DNA of 64,000 bases, from NCBI GenBank assembly GCA_045837725.1, contig JBEWZL010000219.1:186001-250000 (forward strand), in the 5' to 3' direction. This DNA comes from Vermamoeba vermiformis (Eukaryota). The notes beneath the pieces are model-generated. The model saw only the letters and a list, made by a program, of their open reading frames with translations. It made no database searches and was not told where the DNA came from. Position 1 is the stretch's first letter. Each line of letters starts with the position of its first letter. Made by a program: the position numbers and the translations under genes. Shown here piece after piece: positions 1 through 10,830 of the stretch.

Positions 1-1707
1 ACCAATTCTAACAACTTGATTACTCACGCTCTCAATCCAATGGAGAAATTGAAGGCCACCATGGGTCTCTATGACCAAAAGTTGCAGTTCTTGAAGGTTC
101 TCTATCAATCGACTAAGCAACGCGCCTTGCAGATTAATAACTGCCGCAAGCAACAAGACATTCAAAGCAAGATCTACAAGGTGATCCGTACTTTTGGTAT
201 TCTGCAGTCAGGCATCTTATCTGAAGTCGCACAACCCATCGATAAGTTCTTTGCCGAAGAGGAACCAGAGGTGAAAAAGACCCTGTCTATGGTAGCTGAA
301 GTCAAAAAGAAGCTCAGTGCGATCACACTCGACCCTGCGATGACAAAGAACCACCCCGAATGGAGAACTTTGTTGGACGTGATTGGTGAAGCGCATTTCA
401 ACAACTTGGTCTCTCAATGCAATCAAATGTACGACACGGCCAAAGCTCGCTTGAAAATTTTGACTCGCGTCAAAGAGTTGTCCGACAAAGTCGAAGAAAT
501 CATGCGAGCGCGATTGGACGGCAACTCTGTACGTGTTATCATCCAAGCCAAAGAAGGCAGTTTGACTTCTGCATTAGAAGTCAGAGAGAACTTGCGCAGC
601 ATGACTCAAGTGTTTAAAGAGCTTGTGGACAAGTATCGCAAGAGTCAGCTCAACCTCGACGATCCATCCGTTCAACAAAAGCTGCAGAAGATTGACGAAG
701 TGTACCAACAATCCTTGAAGAAGTTCAATGAGGTCAACAACAGCATGGCTCCTTGCGCTCTGGCCAAGTTGAATGACGCTCAATCGATGTCAGATGTCAT
801 TGCCAAGTTGGGCGGTGCGTTGAAGGAGATTCGCGATTTGACAAATGAAATTCGGGCTACGCAAGATCTTTTGGTTGGTTTGGACGTTCAATTGCGACAA
901 GTGCAGGAGTACCAATCTCTGCCCGACCGATTCTTAGAATTCTCTTCGGAAGCTGCTCGCAGAAAAGCTTTTGCAACCAAATGGGCTGAACAGACTAACA
1001 ACATCTCTACGCAATTGAGCAAGGCTTTGGAGAATGAAACCGTCAAGCGCAAGGGTTTCAGACAATCTCACGCTCACATGAGCCCCACATTTATGGCAGT
1101 ACTCGCGAACTTGCTGCCGCCACTCGCTGACAATCAAACTGACGACTTGGCGAATTTGAATGTGGCTTGGCCTGTTTTTGATGCAGATCTGCCTTTGATT
1201 GCTGACTCGCGTGAAGGATTTGACGATGAGTTTTCCATCATTGTGGACACGTCAGACGTGACAAAGAAAGTCACTGACTTGGAACGAGAGAACACCAAGC
1301 TGATTGGAGACTTGAAGCGCATCACAGAAGAGCTTATGCGTCGCGAGTTCCCTTCCGAAGTTGTGCCCAACAACAATGCACGTGATGCCTTGAAAAGAGT
1401 GAATGAACTCGAAGAGCAATTGAAACGAACTCAAACTAGCTTTGAAGTCCTTGGCCAAGAAATGGAATTGGCGAGAATGCAAGTGCGCGACTTGAACAAC
1501 GAAAAAGCATTCAAGGACAGACAATTGCAAGACCTGTTGACTGAGCGCCGAACTTTGTTAGACCAAGTAGCAAGAGTGGTTGGACCAAACCAAAGCGACT
1601 TGATTGAGCAGCTATTGGTGGAGCAGATGCGCGCTCAAAAAGAAAAAGAAGATCTGGAAAATCGAGTGAAGCTCCTCCAAGCTCAGCTGGCGAATGTTCG
1701 CTTGTAA
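1..1707 (+). CDS. Autophagy scaffold Atg17/Atg11(FIP200)-like coiled-coil protein, 5'-partial
   Basis: Frame is open from base 1 to TAA at 1707 and is helical throughout. The segment LPDRFLEFSSEAARRKAF...ENETVKRKGF...LPPL resembles the end of the Atg17-like domain (E..RR...E..RR..F), followed by a coiled coil. No Atg11 claw domain recognised. Confidence 0.6.
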   Translation, partial: TNSNNLITHALNPMEKLKATMGLYDQKLQFLKVLYQSTKQRALQINNCRKQQDIQSKIYKVIRTFGILQSGILSEVAQPIDKFFAEEEPEVKKTLSMVAEVKKKLSAITLDPAMTKNHPEWRTLLDVIGEAHFNNLVSQCNQMYDTAKARLKILTRVKELSDKVEEIMRARLDGNSVRVIIQAKEGSLTSALEVRENLRSMTQVFKELVDKYRKSQLNLDDPSVQQKLQKIDEVYQQSLKKFNEVNNSMAPCALAKLNDAQSMSDVIAKLGGALKEIRDLTNEIRATQDLLVGLDVQLRQVQEYQSLPDRFLEFSSEAARRKAFATKWAEQTNNISTQLSKALENETVKRKGFRQSHAHMSPTFMAVLANLLPPLADNQTDDLANLNVAWPVFDADLPLIADSREGFDDEFSIIVDTSDVTKKVTDLERENTKLIGDLKRITEELMRREFPSEVVPNNNARDALKRVNELEEQLKRTQTSFEVLGQEMELARMQVRDLNNEKAFKDRQLQDLLTERRTLLDQVARVVGPNQSDLIEQLLVEQMRAQKEKEDLENRVKLLQAQLANVRL

Positions 1708-2280
1708 ATAACACTGCTGAACAGAATCTATCCCTTTGTACCATACGTTGTTTCCTTTTGCTTTTTTTTGTTTGAAGTAAATTTACTGTAGTATTTGTTT
1801 ATACTTGCATGAGGAGCCTTTCTTATCGCCACCACTACTGGTCTATAGAATGATACGTACTTGTGTGTCTTTTTTAGATTTTGTTTTTTTTCAGAGAAAG
1901 AAAACAGCGGCCAAAAATAAATTTGATAAAACTTTTTTTTTCCTTTGTTGCTTTTTTTATGTTCCACCTCACCTTACCGCTTCAAACACCACACGGGCAC
2001 TTAAAGTCATCGAGTCATTCGCTTTGTGTAACAAGGTAAGCCCCAACTCACTTTCTTGTTTTTGCTTGAAACTGTCGATCTTCACATCGGCAAGATCTTT
2101 CCATCGGTTTTATTCCGAGTCATGCTCCTTTTCAACACCAACAAATATAGGTGCATTAATAGAACGTTTGATAATTTTTTCAATCGATGACCGGTTACCA
2201 CCGCTTTTGACGCTTCTAAAAGGATGTTAGATCCCTTCTACCAAACTAATTACCGTGCTACTCACCTAGGAACATTAGAC

Positions 2281-5200
2281 ATGTCTCTTAACGTTACACC
2301 AACGGTGACAAGAAAGACAAAGACGGATGAGACAAGCCCAGACGATTTTGTTTCTGGAGCGCGCCGCAAGTCAGAACGTCGAGTCAAAATTCCAAATAAC
2401 TTTGGTGAATATGATGTAACTATTTCTGCCTTGAAAAAGAAGCAGCTGGATGATTCCGACGAGAAAATGGGATCTGGATCTGACGAGGACAGCGAAGGCT
2501 CGGTGTCAGCGCGCACAAACAAAAGCTCTAAAAATGCGAATAACGATGCGGATAGTGAGCCACGTCCCTCCAAGGGCAAGGATAGAAGCGCCAAAAGCAA
2601 GAAGACCAAGGCTGCTCAGGACAGTGACGAACCTTCGCGCAAGTCCAATAAGAAAGCGAAGGCAGCAAGCAAGTCTGACGACGAAGAAGACGCTAAGGTA
2701 ATATATATACTACGTTGACTGCAGCGACAGCTTACAAAACTTCGAATATCGATTTCGGACTTAATTTTCTATACGCTTGCAATCATGAGACTTAATTGCT
2801 CAAAACATACCGTTTATACTCTTCACAGCATTGTACAGGTTACAGTACAAGAATAATTTTTTTTCCTATTTTTATTAATTTTAATTCGTAAACCGTCCAA
2901 ACATTTGACAGCAGCCCAAAATTCCTCTGACTAATTTTAAAATTATATACAAATAATATACAACCCAACTAGTAGAATACGTGCTCAAATGTTAATTAGA
3001 TCCTTTTTATCAAATTTATTTTCGACCAATCAAAACGCTTCTTGCGTTAACCAGGATTTCGCTGGCAACCCAAGGTTGGGTTGCTTCTAGTAATAATTGC
3101 ATTGTCAAACGGTCATGAGCTCGGTTTGGCTTCTTAGTCTTCTTTTATTTCGATCTCGATCTTACCGAAATTTTTAGGAAGAAGATGATGGCAGTGGAAA
3201 CCACGATCAATGTGACGCTTGCGGCGACGGTGGCTCTCTTCTTTGCTGCGACGCTTGTCCAAGGTTGGTAGACGATGAATTCTTGATTTCTCTTATTCAC
3301 TCTTCGTTAGAGCTTTTCATATCGACTGCTGCCCACTCCCTTTAGACCGCAATGCGCTTCCTGATAAATGGTTCTGCCATCAGTGCATTTTAGAGATCCA
3401 GAAGAAGCCTAACGATCCAAACATGCCATTTTTAAAAGGAGAGGCAAGTCGCTGGCTAGTGTTTTCAAGCTTAGTTAACCACCCAATAGATTTTGGCTTA
3501 CGCAGCACTGTGCCTTTCAGCGAAGAGATTAGGAGACTCTGAGAATAAGCGAGAGAAGCAAGGCAAGACAGGCCCCTTCAGCGCAATCTATCTCGGCCTA
3601 GGTGTCACTAATCCTCGTTCTTATTCCATTCCCAACGCTGTAAAGAAAATTGGTACGTATAGCAATGCACCACTGAATTGCAGCTGATTTGACATGACCC
3701 GTAAGCAGATCGACGAAGTGAAGTTCGTTTTATGCAGTTCAAAGACATTATGAAGAACCCTGAAATGGGCAAACAGCGTTATGCACCAGAGGATAAATAC
3801 GTTGACAGCAGGAGCCGCCAAAAGATTGGTGTAAGTTCAATTTCGCGCGTTGTCTCAACTTTGATTGCTGAAATTTCTGCAGCCTGAGTGCACTGTGTGT
3901 GGATGTGGCCCGGTGACAAACAATGCCTACCGCGCCAAGCCAATCCAAGAACCAGATAGATTTGACGTCTTTGGATTGTTGAAGTGTTCTCTGTGTGATC
4001 GCCATTACCACGCGTGGTGCTTGGACACGTTCTTCTTGGAAGCGCACAGTTGGGGCCTGGACGGTAGTGATGACTTTGATTGGACTTGCCCTCGCCATCG
4101 TATTCCCGACCCGAACGAAGACAGCAAACACTTACCTGCATATCGCCGGCTCGATGAAATGGTTCAACCTACTGCTCCTTTGCCGGATCCATCTGTTGTG
4201 AGCAATTACATCCTCTTGGACTCGTACTTGCCGTACTTCTTGAATTATGAGCCGTACACCATCCCTGTCAAACGCTTGGTAAGCAATAGTAATCAATTTT
4301 ACTACTTGAATTAACACTTTTGCAGCCGAAGGAAGAAAAACCGTTCTATCAGAAACCTTATGTCGTGCAATTGACATCAGATCCAAGCAAAATTGCCGCA
4401 GCACCAATGTATTACGCGGCTGCTCCCGATGCAAATCTTACCGAGAGTCGCAGGCGTGAACGTACACGAAATAGCTATGACGAGAAAAGAAAAGAACTTG
4501 CCTCGCGTGATACATTCAAGAGCGTTGACAAGACTCAACGTAAGTACTTTGTTGTCACTGTGTTAATTCTAACTGAACATAATCATCAGGAGCTAATATT
4601 GGCAAAGATGAAATGCTGAAAGTGATGATGCAAAAGATGAATGTCGACCTTTCACAGTTTGTCATGCCCTTGAGTGATGTGCACTTTGTGGAGGACATGA
4701 CTGATCAATTCGAGGAAGAGCTCGACGAGATCTTTTCTCAACACCCTCGCCTTAAGCGCGACTATGAATACTTGCAAGGGGTGAATCGCGGCATGAAACA
4801 GCTCGCAGAGTGTCAACGACTGACCAAGTTAATTCCTTCACGCCCTAGACGCGTTCAAGCACAGAAAGACATCAAGAAAATGAAGTTTGCAAAACGCGAG
4901 GAACTGTTTGTAACTCACATGAATCAATTGAAATCTGAAGTCGACGCAATCCTGAGCTACATTACGGTAAACATCTGTTTCAATTTCAAATTTAATGCTA
5001 ACATGTTAACAGCCCAAGGAACTGCTCGCGTACTTCCCTCTCGGAGACTCCAAGTCCTTAGGCGAGCCCACTGATTCAACTACCTCCACACGTGCCTCTG
5101 CTCAAATGGCTAATTTGCGCAAGAGTGGCAACGGTGAGAATGGCAACGGCGACGGAGAGAACGGTGAAAACAACGACAGCAACATGGGCAGCAGCAACAA

Positions 5201-6605
5201 CAACGCTGGGTCAGGTGGCGATGATGATAGGAACAACAAGCGTAAAAACGACCCCGATGACATGGACGACGGTGGAGATGATGACGACGAAGACAACGAA
5301 GAAGAGGAAGCAGAAGTCGCAAACGCAGATGATGACGACTGGGAGTTCAGTGCCTCGGGTGACAAGGACAAGAAACGCAAGTCAACTCGCAGCACTCGAC
5401 CATTGCGCAAGAGCTCGAACACTGTCATGAGCGATGCTACACAGCCTGAGAGTGTGATGAGCATTGAAAAGACGGAGCCTGTGACTGAACAGCAAAGCGA
5501 AGAACGCTTGCGCCAAATGCAGTCGTTGTTGTGGGCCAACATGTCCCCTGTCTTCCTGCAGTTCTTGGCCTGGCAGCGATTGGTTGACATTGGTCAGCAC
5601 TTGGAACGATCACAACAAATCGCGAACTTGGACTCGAACGACGAGCGCGTGCAAAAGATCCTAAACGAAGCTCACAAGCAAGACGACATGATTGCCACTC
5701 ACATGGCTTGGCTTGACACGTGGAAGAGCAACTTGGACTTGCAGCAACAAGTCATCAATCCGCGACCTACCAAACGTGCTCGTCCAAAGAACGATAATGA
5801 CGACGATGAACCACCAAACAAGCGACGCAAACAAGAGAAGTCCGAGAGTCCCAACACTGGCAGCTTGTCTGGCAACATCACCGCCACTATGGCGAGCATG
5901 TATAATCTGCCTGCCCCGTCAATTTCACCGCCGGTCACCCCCACTCCCACTCCCACTTCTGGCCTGACTTCTCTCAAGAAAGGGGTTGGAATTGCTCCCA
6001 AAGCCATTGCTCCTGCAGGCTTCGGTTCTACAGGCATTGCTTCTACAGGCCCTGTTGCATTGCTCCCCAAGCCTGCCCCTCCTAAAACTATTTCTGCCCC
6101 CACCCGTGGTCCAGCAAAGGCTCCTTTCACGCGCTCTGCCAATCTGCCACGTGACACCAGACCACCCAACGGTCAAACCAAACACACGTGGAAAGTACCG
6201 CTCCCTGATCAACCTATTCGCGGTGCCATTGCTTCGTTGACAGGGGTCAGTGAATTCGATAGCCAGCCCTTCCAATTCAACATGTTCGCGCACAAGATTT
6301 GCATTGGTCGTGGCATGCCCATACTCGAATTTGACGTCGCCAAGTACACTGACTGCAAGACCATCAGTCACAAGCACGCGCAAATTGAGTTCAGCCCTGA
6401 CAAGAAGTGCTTCATCTTCAACAACTTGGGACGAAACGGCACGCGCATCAACGAGGAGCAGATTGGTGGCAAGCTAGGCGTGAACATTCCTCTCGTGTTG
6501 TATCCCGGTGATGTGATTGAGATGGGTCGATTCCGCATGACTTTCAACGTGTACAAGCCAAACGGCTTCGAGACTATTTACGATCACGGTCCTCCACCTG
6601 AATAA
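2281..6605 (+). CDS. PHD-PHD-FHA chromatin protein, PHF12/Rco1-like (multi-exon; start codon uncertain, 2224 region or 2281)
   Basis: Spliced PHD1 [25 protein letters not shown]...WFCHQC (3178-3400). Linker GPFSAIYLGLGVTNPRSYSIP. PHD2 CTVCGC...LLKCSLCDRHYHAWCL...WTCPRH. C-terminal FHA ICIGRG...ISHKHAQI...GRNGTRIN. This domain order matches PHF12. Confidence 0.8.
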
Positions 6606-6818
6606 TAAACCATCGCACTCGTTGTTGATGTAACACAGTTCCCTGTGAAGTTGAAGCTTAATTTATTGTGACAATAAGAATAAAGCCTCTAGTTAGAGGT
6701 ATATAATACAATCAATTAAATAATAATTAACAAGCGAAATTAACAAAAATGCAGTGCCGAGAACGCGTTCATTCCCCGCACCACGCTGTTGAGGACAGGG
6801 GTCTATATTTAGAGCTTC

Positions 6819-8596
6819 TTATTCTCCAAAACCAGCGCTCTGCAGACCACGCACAATGATCGTGTCTTTGACTGCATTGAAGACACGCGTCACGTTGTTC
6901 GTGTCAATAGCGCAAGTGTAGTAAATGTACAGCATTGAGCCAGCAAATCGCTTTTTGTAAAGTGACTCGATGTATCTAATGCCTGCTTCTGAATCGTCAC
7001 CGCCTGAAGTGGAATTGAGCGTTAGAATGCAACTCCGGCGTAAGATATTAATTGCACTATGTAATTCAACGCACCTGTATAATCTTTGAATTTGTCCGAC
7101 AACGGGCTGACTTTCAGCTTTTCTTTGAACAGATCAGATTTGTTCAAAAACAAAATAAAGCTGCGATCTTTGAGCCACTGAGAGCCAGTAATTTCGTTAA
7201 ATAACTTCAACGACTCGTCCAAACGATTGGTTTGCAAATCTTCTTCGAGTTTCAGATCGTCTAATGACGCGTGTTAGTATCAAGACTAGAGCGACTGTTG
7301 TTGTTGTAAATAATATTGGCATTTACGTACATTCGTCGAGTGCTGCCAAATAGATCACGCTGCTAATGCCTTCAAAGCAATGCAACCATTTTCTTCGTTC
7401 GTTACGCTGGCCACCGACATCCACGATGGTAAACTCGATGTCTCCCAATTGAAATTTAGTCTCATTAATACCTACAAATAAGATCTCAATTAATATACTG
7501 TTCGTCGCATTAGCAACACTTTTATGTGAACGGAGAAACAATGTCCATATTTGGGTGACATGTCGCGATACGAACTCGTATTGAGTTATTAATATAACAA
7601 TAATCGTGTAATGATAATGAATTAAAATGTATTGAATATGAATCAATAAGATTTGTGTTCGTTTGGCAAATCACTAGATCTATCAATGGAATTCAATAGG
7701 AAATGAATCGGTTGCCATTAGAGCGGTTGTTAACAAGTGAAGTAGCAAATAGAATTATATATAAATAGATATCTACGCACCAGTAGTCCTCAATTTAGCG
7801 CGCAATATGTCAACATTGGTCGGGGTGTAATTTTCTTCTGCAATCCGCTCACAGTTCTCCAAATAACTGCAAAAAATTAGTACCCTTTAATATGCTGCGA
7901 TGTGAATCGATATTACTAGTCTGCCCAGGGATACACGTTGATTTCATTCTTTCGCTTCCACGCCGCTTGGATGGGCTTGCTTTTCCATAATTTTGCAATT
8001 CTTTGCGCCAATTGCGGCGTAAGCGGTGTGTTAGATGTCAATGCCTTAATATCGTCCTATTGAAATCGAGCCATTAAATTTCTGCAACGGAATTATTGAT
8101 AAAAAGATTTTTTAGATCGGATCGAAAAAGGTTCAATTGCAACAGGCAATATCTTGCAGCGAGTAATACGCCATTGTAATATATATAATTGGTAGTATGT
8201 AATTATGCGATTATAAGCCATAATTACCTCGTATTTGTCAGGGAGTTGAATGTTGAGTTGTTGGCATCCCGTGATTAATGCAGCGATTACAGTCATAACG
8301 TTATCACGCAGTACTTCTCTGAATTGTTCTGTTTCAGATTTTGTAAAGCCATTTGAATGAATAACCTTCATTTGCTTTAAAAAGGTTGATTTGCCTGAAT
8401 CTCCAGTACCTACCAATAATTAATTGTTAAATCAGCGCATCATTTAAATAACCAATAATAAATTAATACCAAGTAATAACAGCTTCACTTTTTTGTCTGC
8501 CTCCTTCTTTTCCTGCTTGATCGTCTTGTCAATAACTTTGGATTCTTTTCGGGCTTCTTCATCGCCCTCAGAGGCCTTGCCACCACAACAATTCAT
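6819..8596 (-). CDS. Heterotrimeric G-protein alpha subunit
   Basis: Spliced MNCCGG...[58 protein letters not shown]. All G boxes and the catalytic Arg and Gln are present. Confidence 0.96.
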
Positions 8597-8991
8597 CTCG
8601 CGTACGAGTTTAGCACAAAATCGGGAATTGGAAGCCTCTCGCTCTTGTGTTCACGAGCGAATAAAGTGATTTCGTGTGGAATTGACGTTTTGGACAGGGC
8701 CTGTTGTGGTTTTTGAGCTTCATATCCCGAAATTGGTTAAACAATAATGCCATAAATAACTTGAACACTCAGTTTTTGATCTCTGGTATAGGTTGAGGAT
8801 TGAAAGTTGACCGGTACTAATCCGGAAGTTATTGAAAAAGCCTCCAACTCTCGCATACTGCCTTACCATCAACGAAACTAATATTCTATTAGAACTCAGA
8901 TCTATTTGTCTCGTCTTTGGTCTTCGCGCCGTGATGACTGGTTGTGCTGCGCAGGATTAGTCTGTTCATTTCCATTTTCTAGACAAACACA

Positions 8992-10483
8992 ATGCTTATG
9001 CTTCGTACTATTGTCTCTAAGACAGCTTGCTCATTGACCGGTCGCACTGCTACTCGCTCTGCCACCTCTCTGGTATGATTTTGTATATGCACTGCTTCGA
9101 AATATTGGATGGCACTCAGATGCCCAATAATAAGGCTTGTATTAATAGTGATTGTATTATAGTTTGCTCGCAGCTACGCCAAGAAGGCTCAAGATGCCAA
9201 GACCGATGCCCCTGCTGCCCCTAAAGAACGAGTTCAAAATAATGCTGAGGTGTGTTGATGTGGAGGAATATTCAGCGTGGAGGATAATATTGCAAAGATA
9301 ATATTAATGTGCATGGCGAATAATTATTGTGGATTAATATGGCAGTCAAATATTATCAATTACAGAAAAAATATTTTTTGATTCGATGCAGAAATATTGG
9401 ACAACCTGAACTGCGATATTTGTGGCTTTTTCATGCAATTATATTCACCAATAACATAGCGGAATATAATATAATATTTATGCACGCTTTATAACAGTTC
9501 TATAGCCCCTAATAATTTTTACAACGGATTTTAATAATTTTTTTTAATTAGCACGTTGACCTCCCTGGCATTCAAGGTGCTTTTGCTTCTGAATTTTTCG
9601 AAGTTGCTCTTCAAAGTGGCCAATTGAACAAGGTTGAGGAAGAATTGAACGGTTTGCTCGGCATGAAGGATGCCCGCGGACTTTCCAATCTGATGGACGA
9701 TCCTACCATCAAGGGTGAGGAGAAGAAGGCCATCTTCGGTGAACTCGCCAAGAAATTGCAACTCGCTCCTTTGACTGTTTCCATCGTCAGTAAGTCTCAT
9801 ACCTGCAGTCAGATATTTGTTGCTCGATCACATCCGAGCTTTATTACACCACACCAAGTGATTATAGAATGGTATTAACGAGTATATTTTCATCTATTAG
9901 ACTGCTTGTTCGAAGCCAAGCGTGAGAAGTATTTGTGGGAAGTCATCAAGGGCTTCAATGTGTTGTTGAAGACACACCGCAAAGAACACACTGCCGTGCT
10001 GTACACCAAGGGCGCACTCACTCCCGCCAAGTTCAACGAGTACAAAGAACTCATCAAGCAACAACACTTGTCTTACGATGTCAACTTGAACCTCGAACAC
10101 AAGGTAAGCTTGACAAAGATTTGTTTACTTTGATCTAGTATTGTTGTTTGTTGCTATGCTAAATAGCATCTAACATCAATCTTAACGCATTTTTCATAAC
10201 AAACGCATCGTTTTTACTCCATCACATGTCAAAATAATGGCTTTGCTATACTTGCCTCGCATGACGAGCAGATACTTCGTTCGTATTACATGTGCACTAA
10301 TCTCGCATTGTGTTGCAGGTTGACTCCACCATTGTTGATGGCTACAGAGTTGTTATTGACAACGACACTACTATTGACCGCACATTGAACAGCGAAGTCA
10401 ACGAGCTCGTCAACACTGTCAAGGAAGAAATGAGACATTTTTGGGACCAAAAGAAGAGACGCGCTATCAACTTGAAGCAATAA
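8992..10483 (+). CDS. ATP5PO: Mitochondrial ATP synthase OSCP (delta-family) subunit
   Basis: Arg/Ser/Thr-rich presequence; GIQGAFASEFFEVALQSGQLNKVEEEL, DPTIKGEEKKAI, KVDSTIVDGYRVVIDNDTTIDRTL match the OSCP pattern. Confidence 0.88.
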
Positions 10484-10830
10484 GACACCAATAATATAGT
10501 ATAATAATCATATAATAATATATAGTAGTTATTCTGGAGTCTGACTACAGTATTTCTATGCAACGTTGAAGTTTTAGTCTTTTTGATAAAAAAGAGCAAT
10601 ATTCAATTATTCGAAACAAACAATGGTTGACTTTATAATATCATACTTTTAACAAAACGGCTAACTAATAATAATACTTGGTTTACCTGCCGATAAAATT
10701 CTGACCTGAATTTCTATTTTTAGTAGCGCTACACAAAATCTTTATTTTAGCAACACGACGGTAGTAACTACAACTAAAGAATAAAGGCCATGATAGCTCG
10801 ACACTACGTGCACTGAATCTGGTACACAAG

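Noticed and set aside
5125-5340. Low-complexity AAC/GAC/GAT tracts as possible repeat elements
   Set aside because: They encode Asn/Asp/Gly-rich linker inside the PHD-FHA exon.
6750-6810. GC-rich segment in the G-alpha 3' UTR as a possible SECIS or ncRNA
   Set aside because: No in-frame TGA in the gene and no convincing SECIS core or stem.
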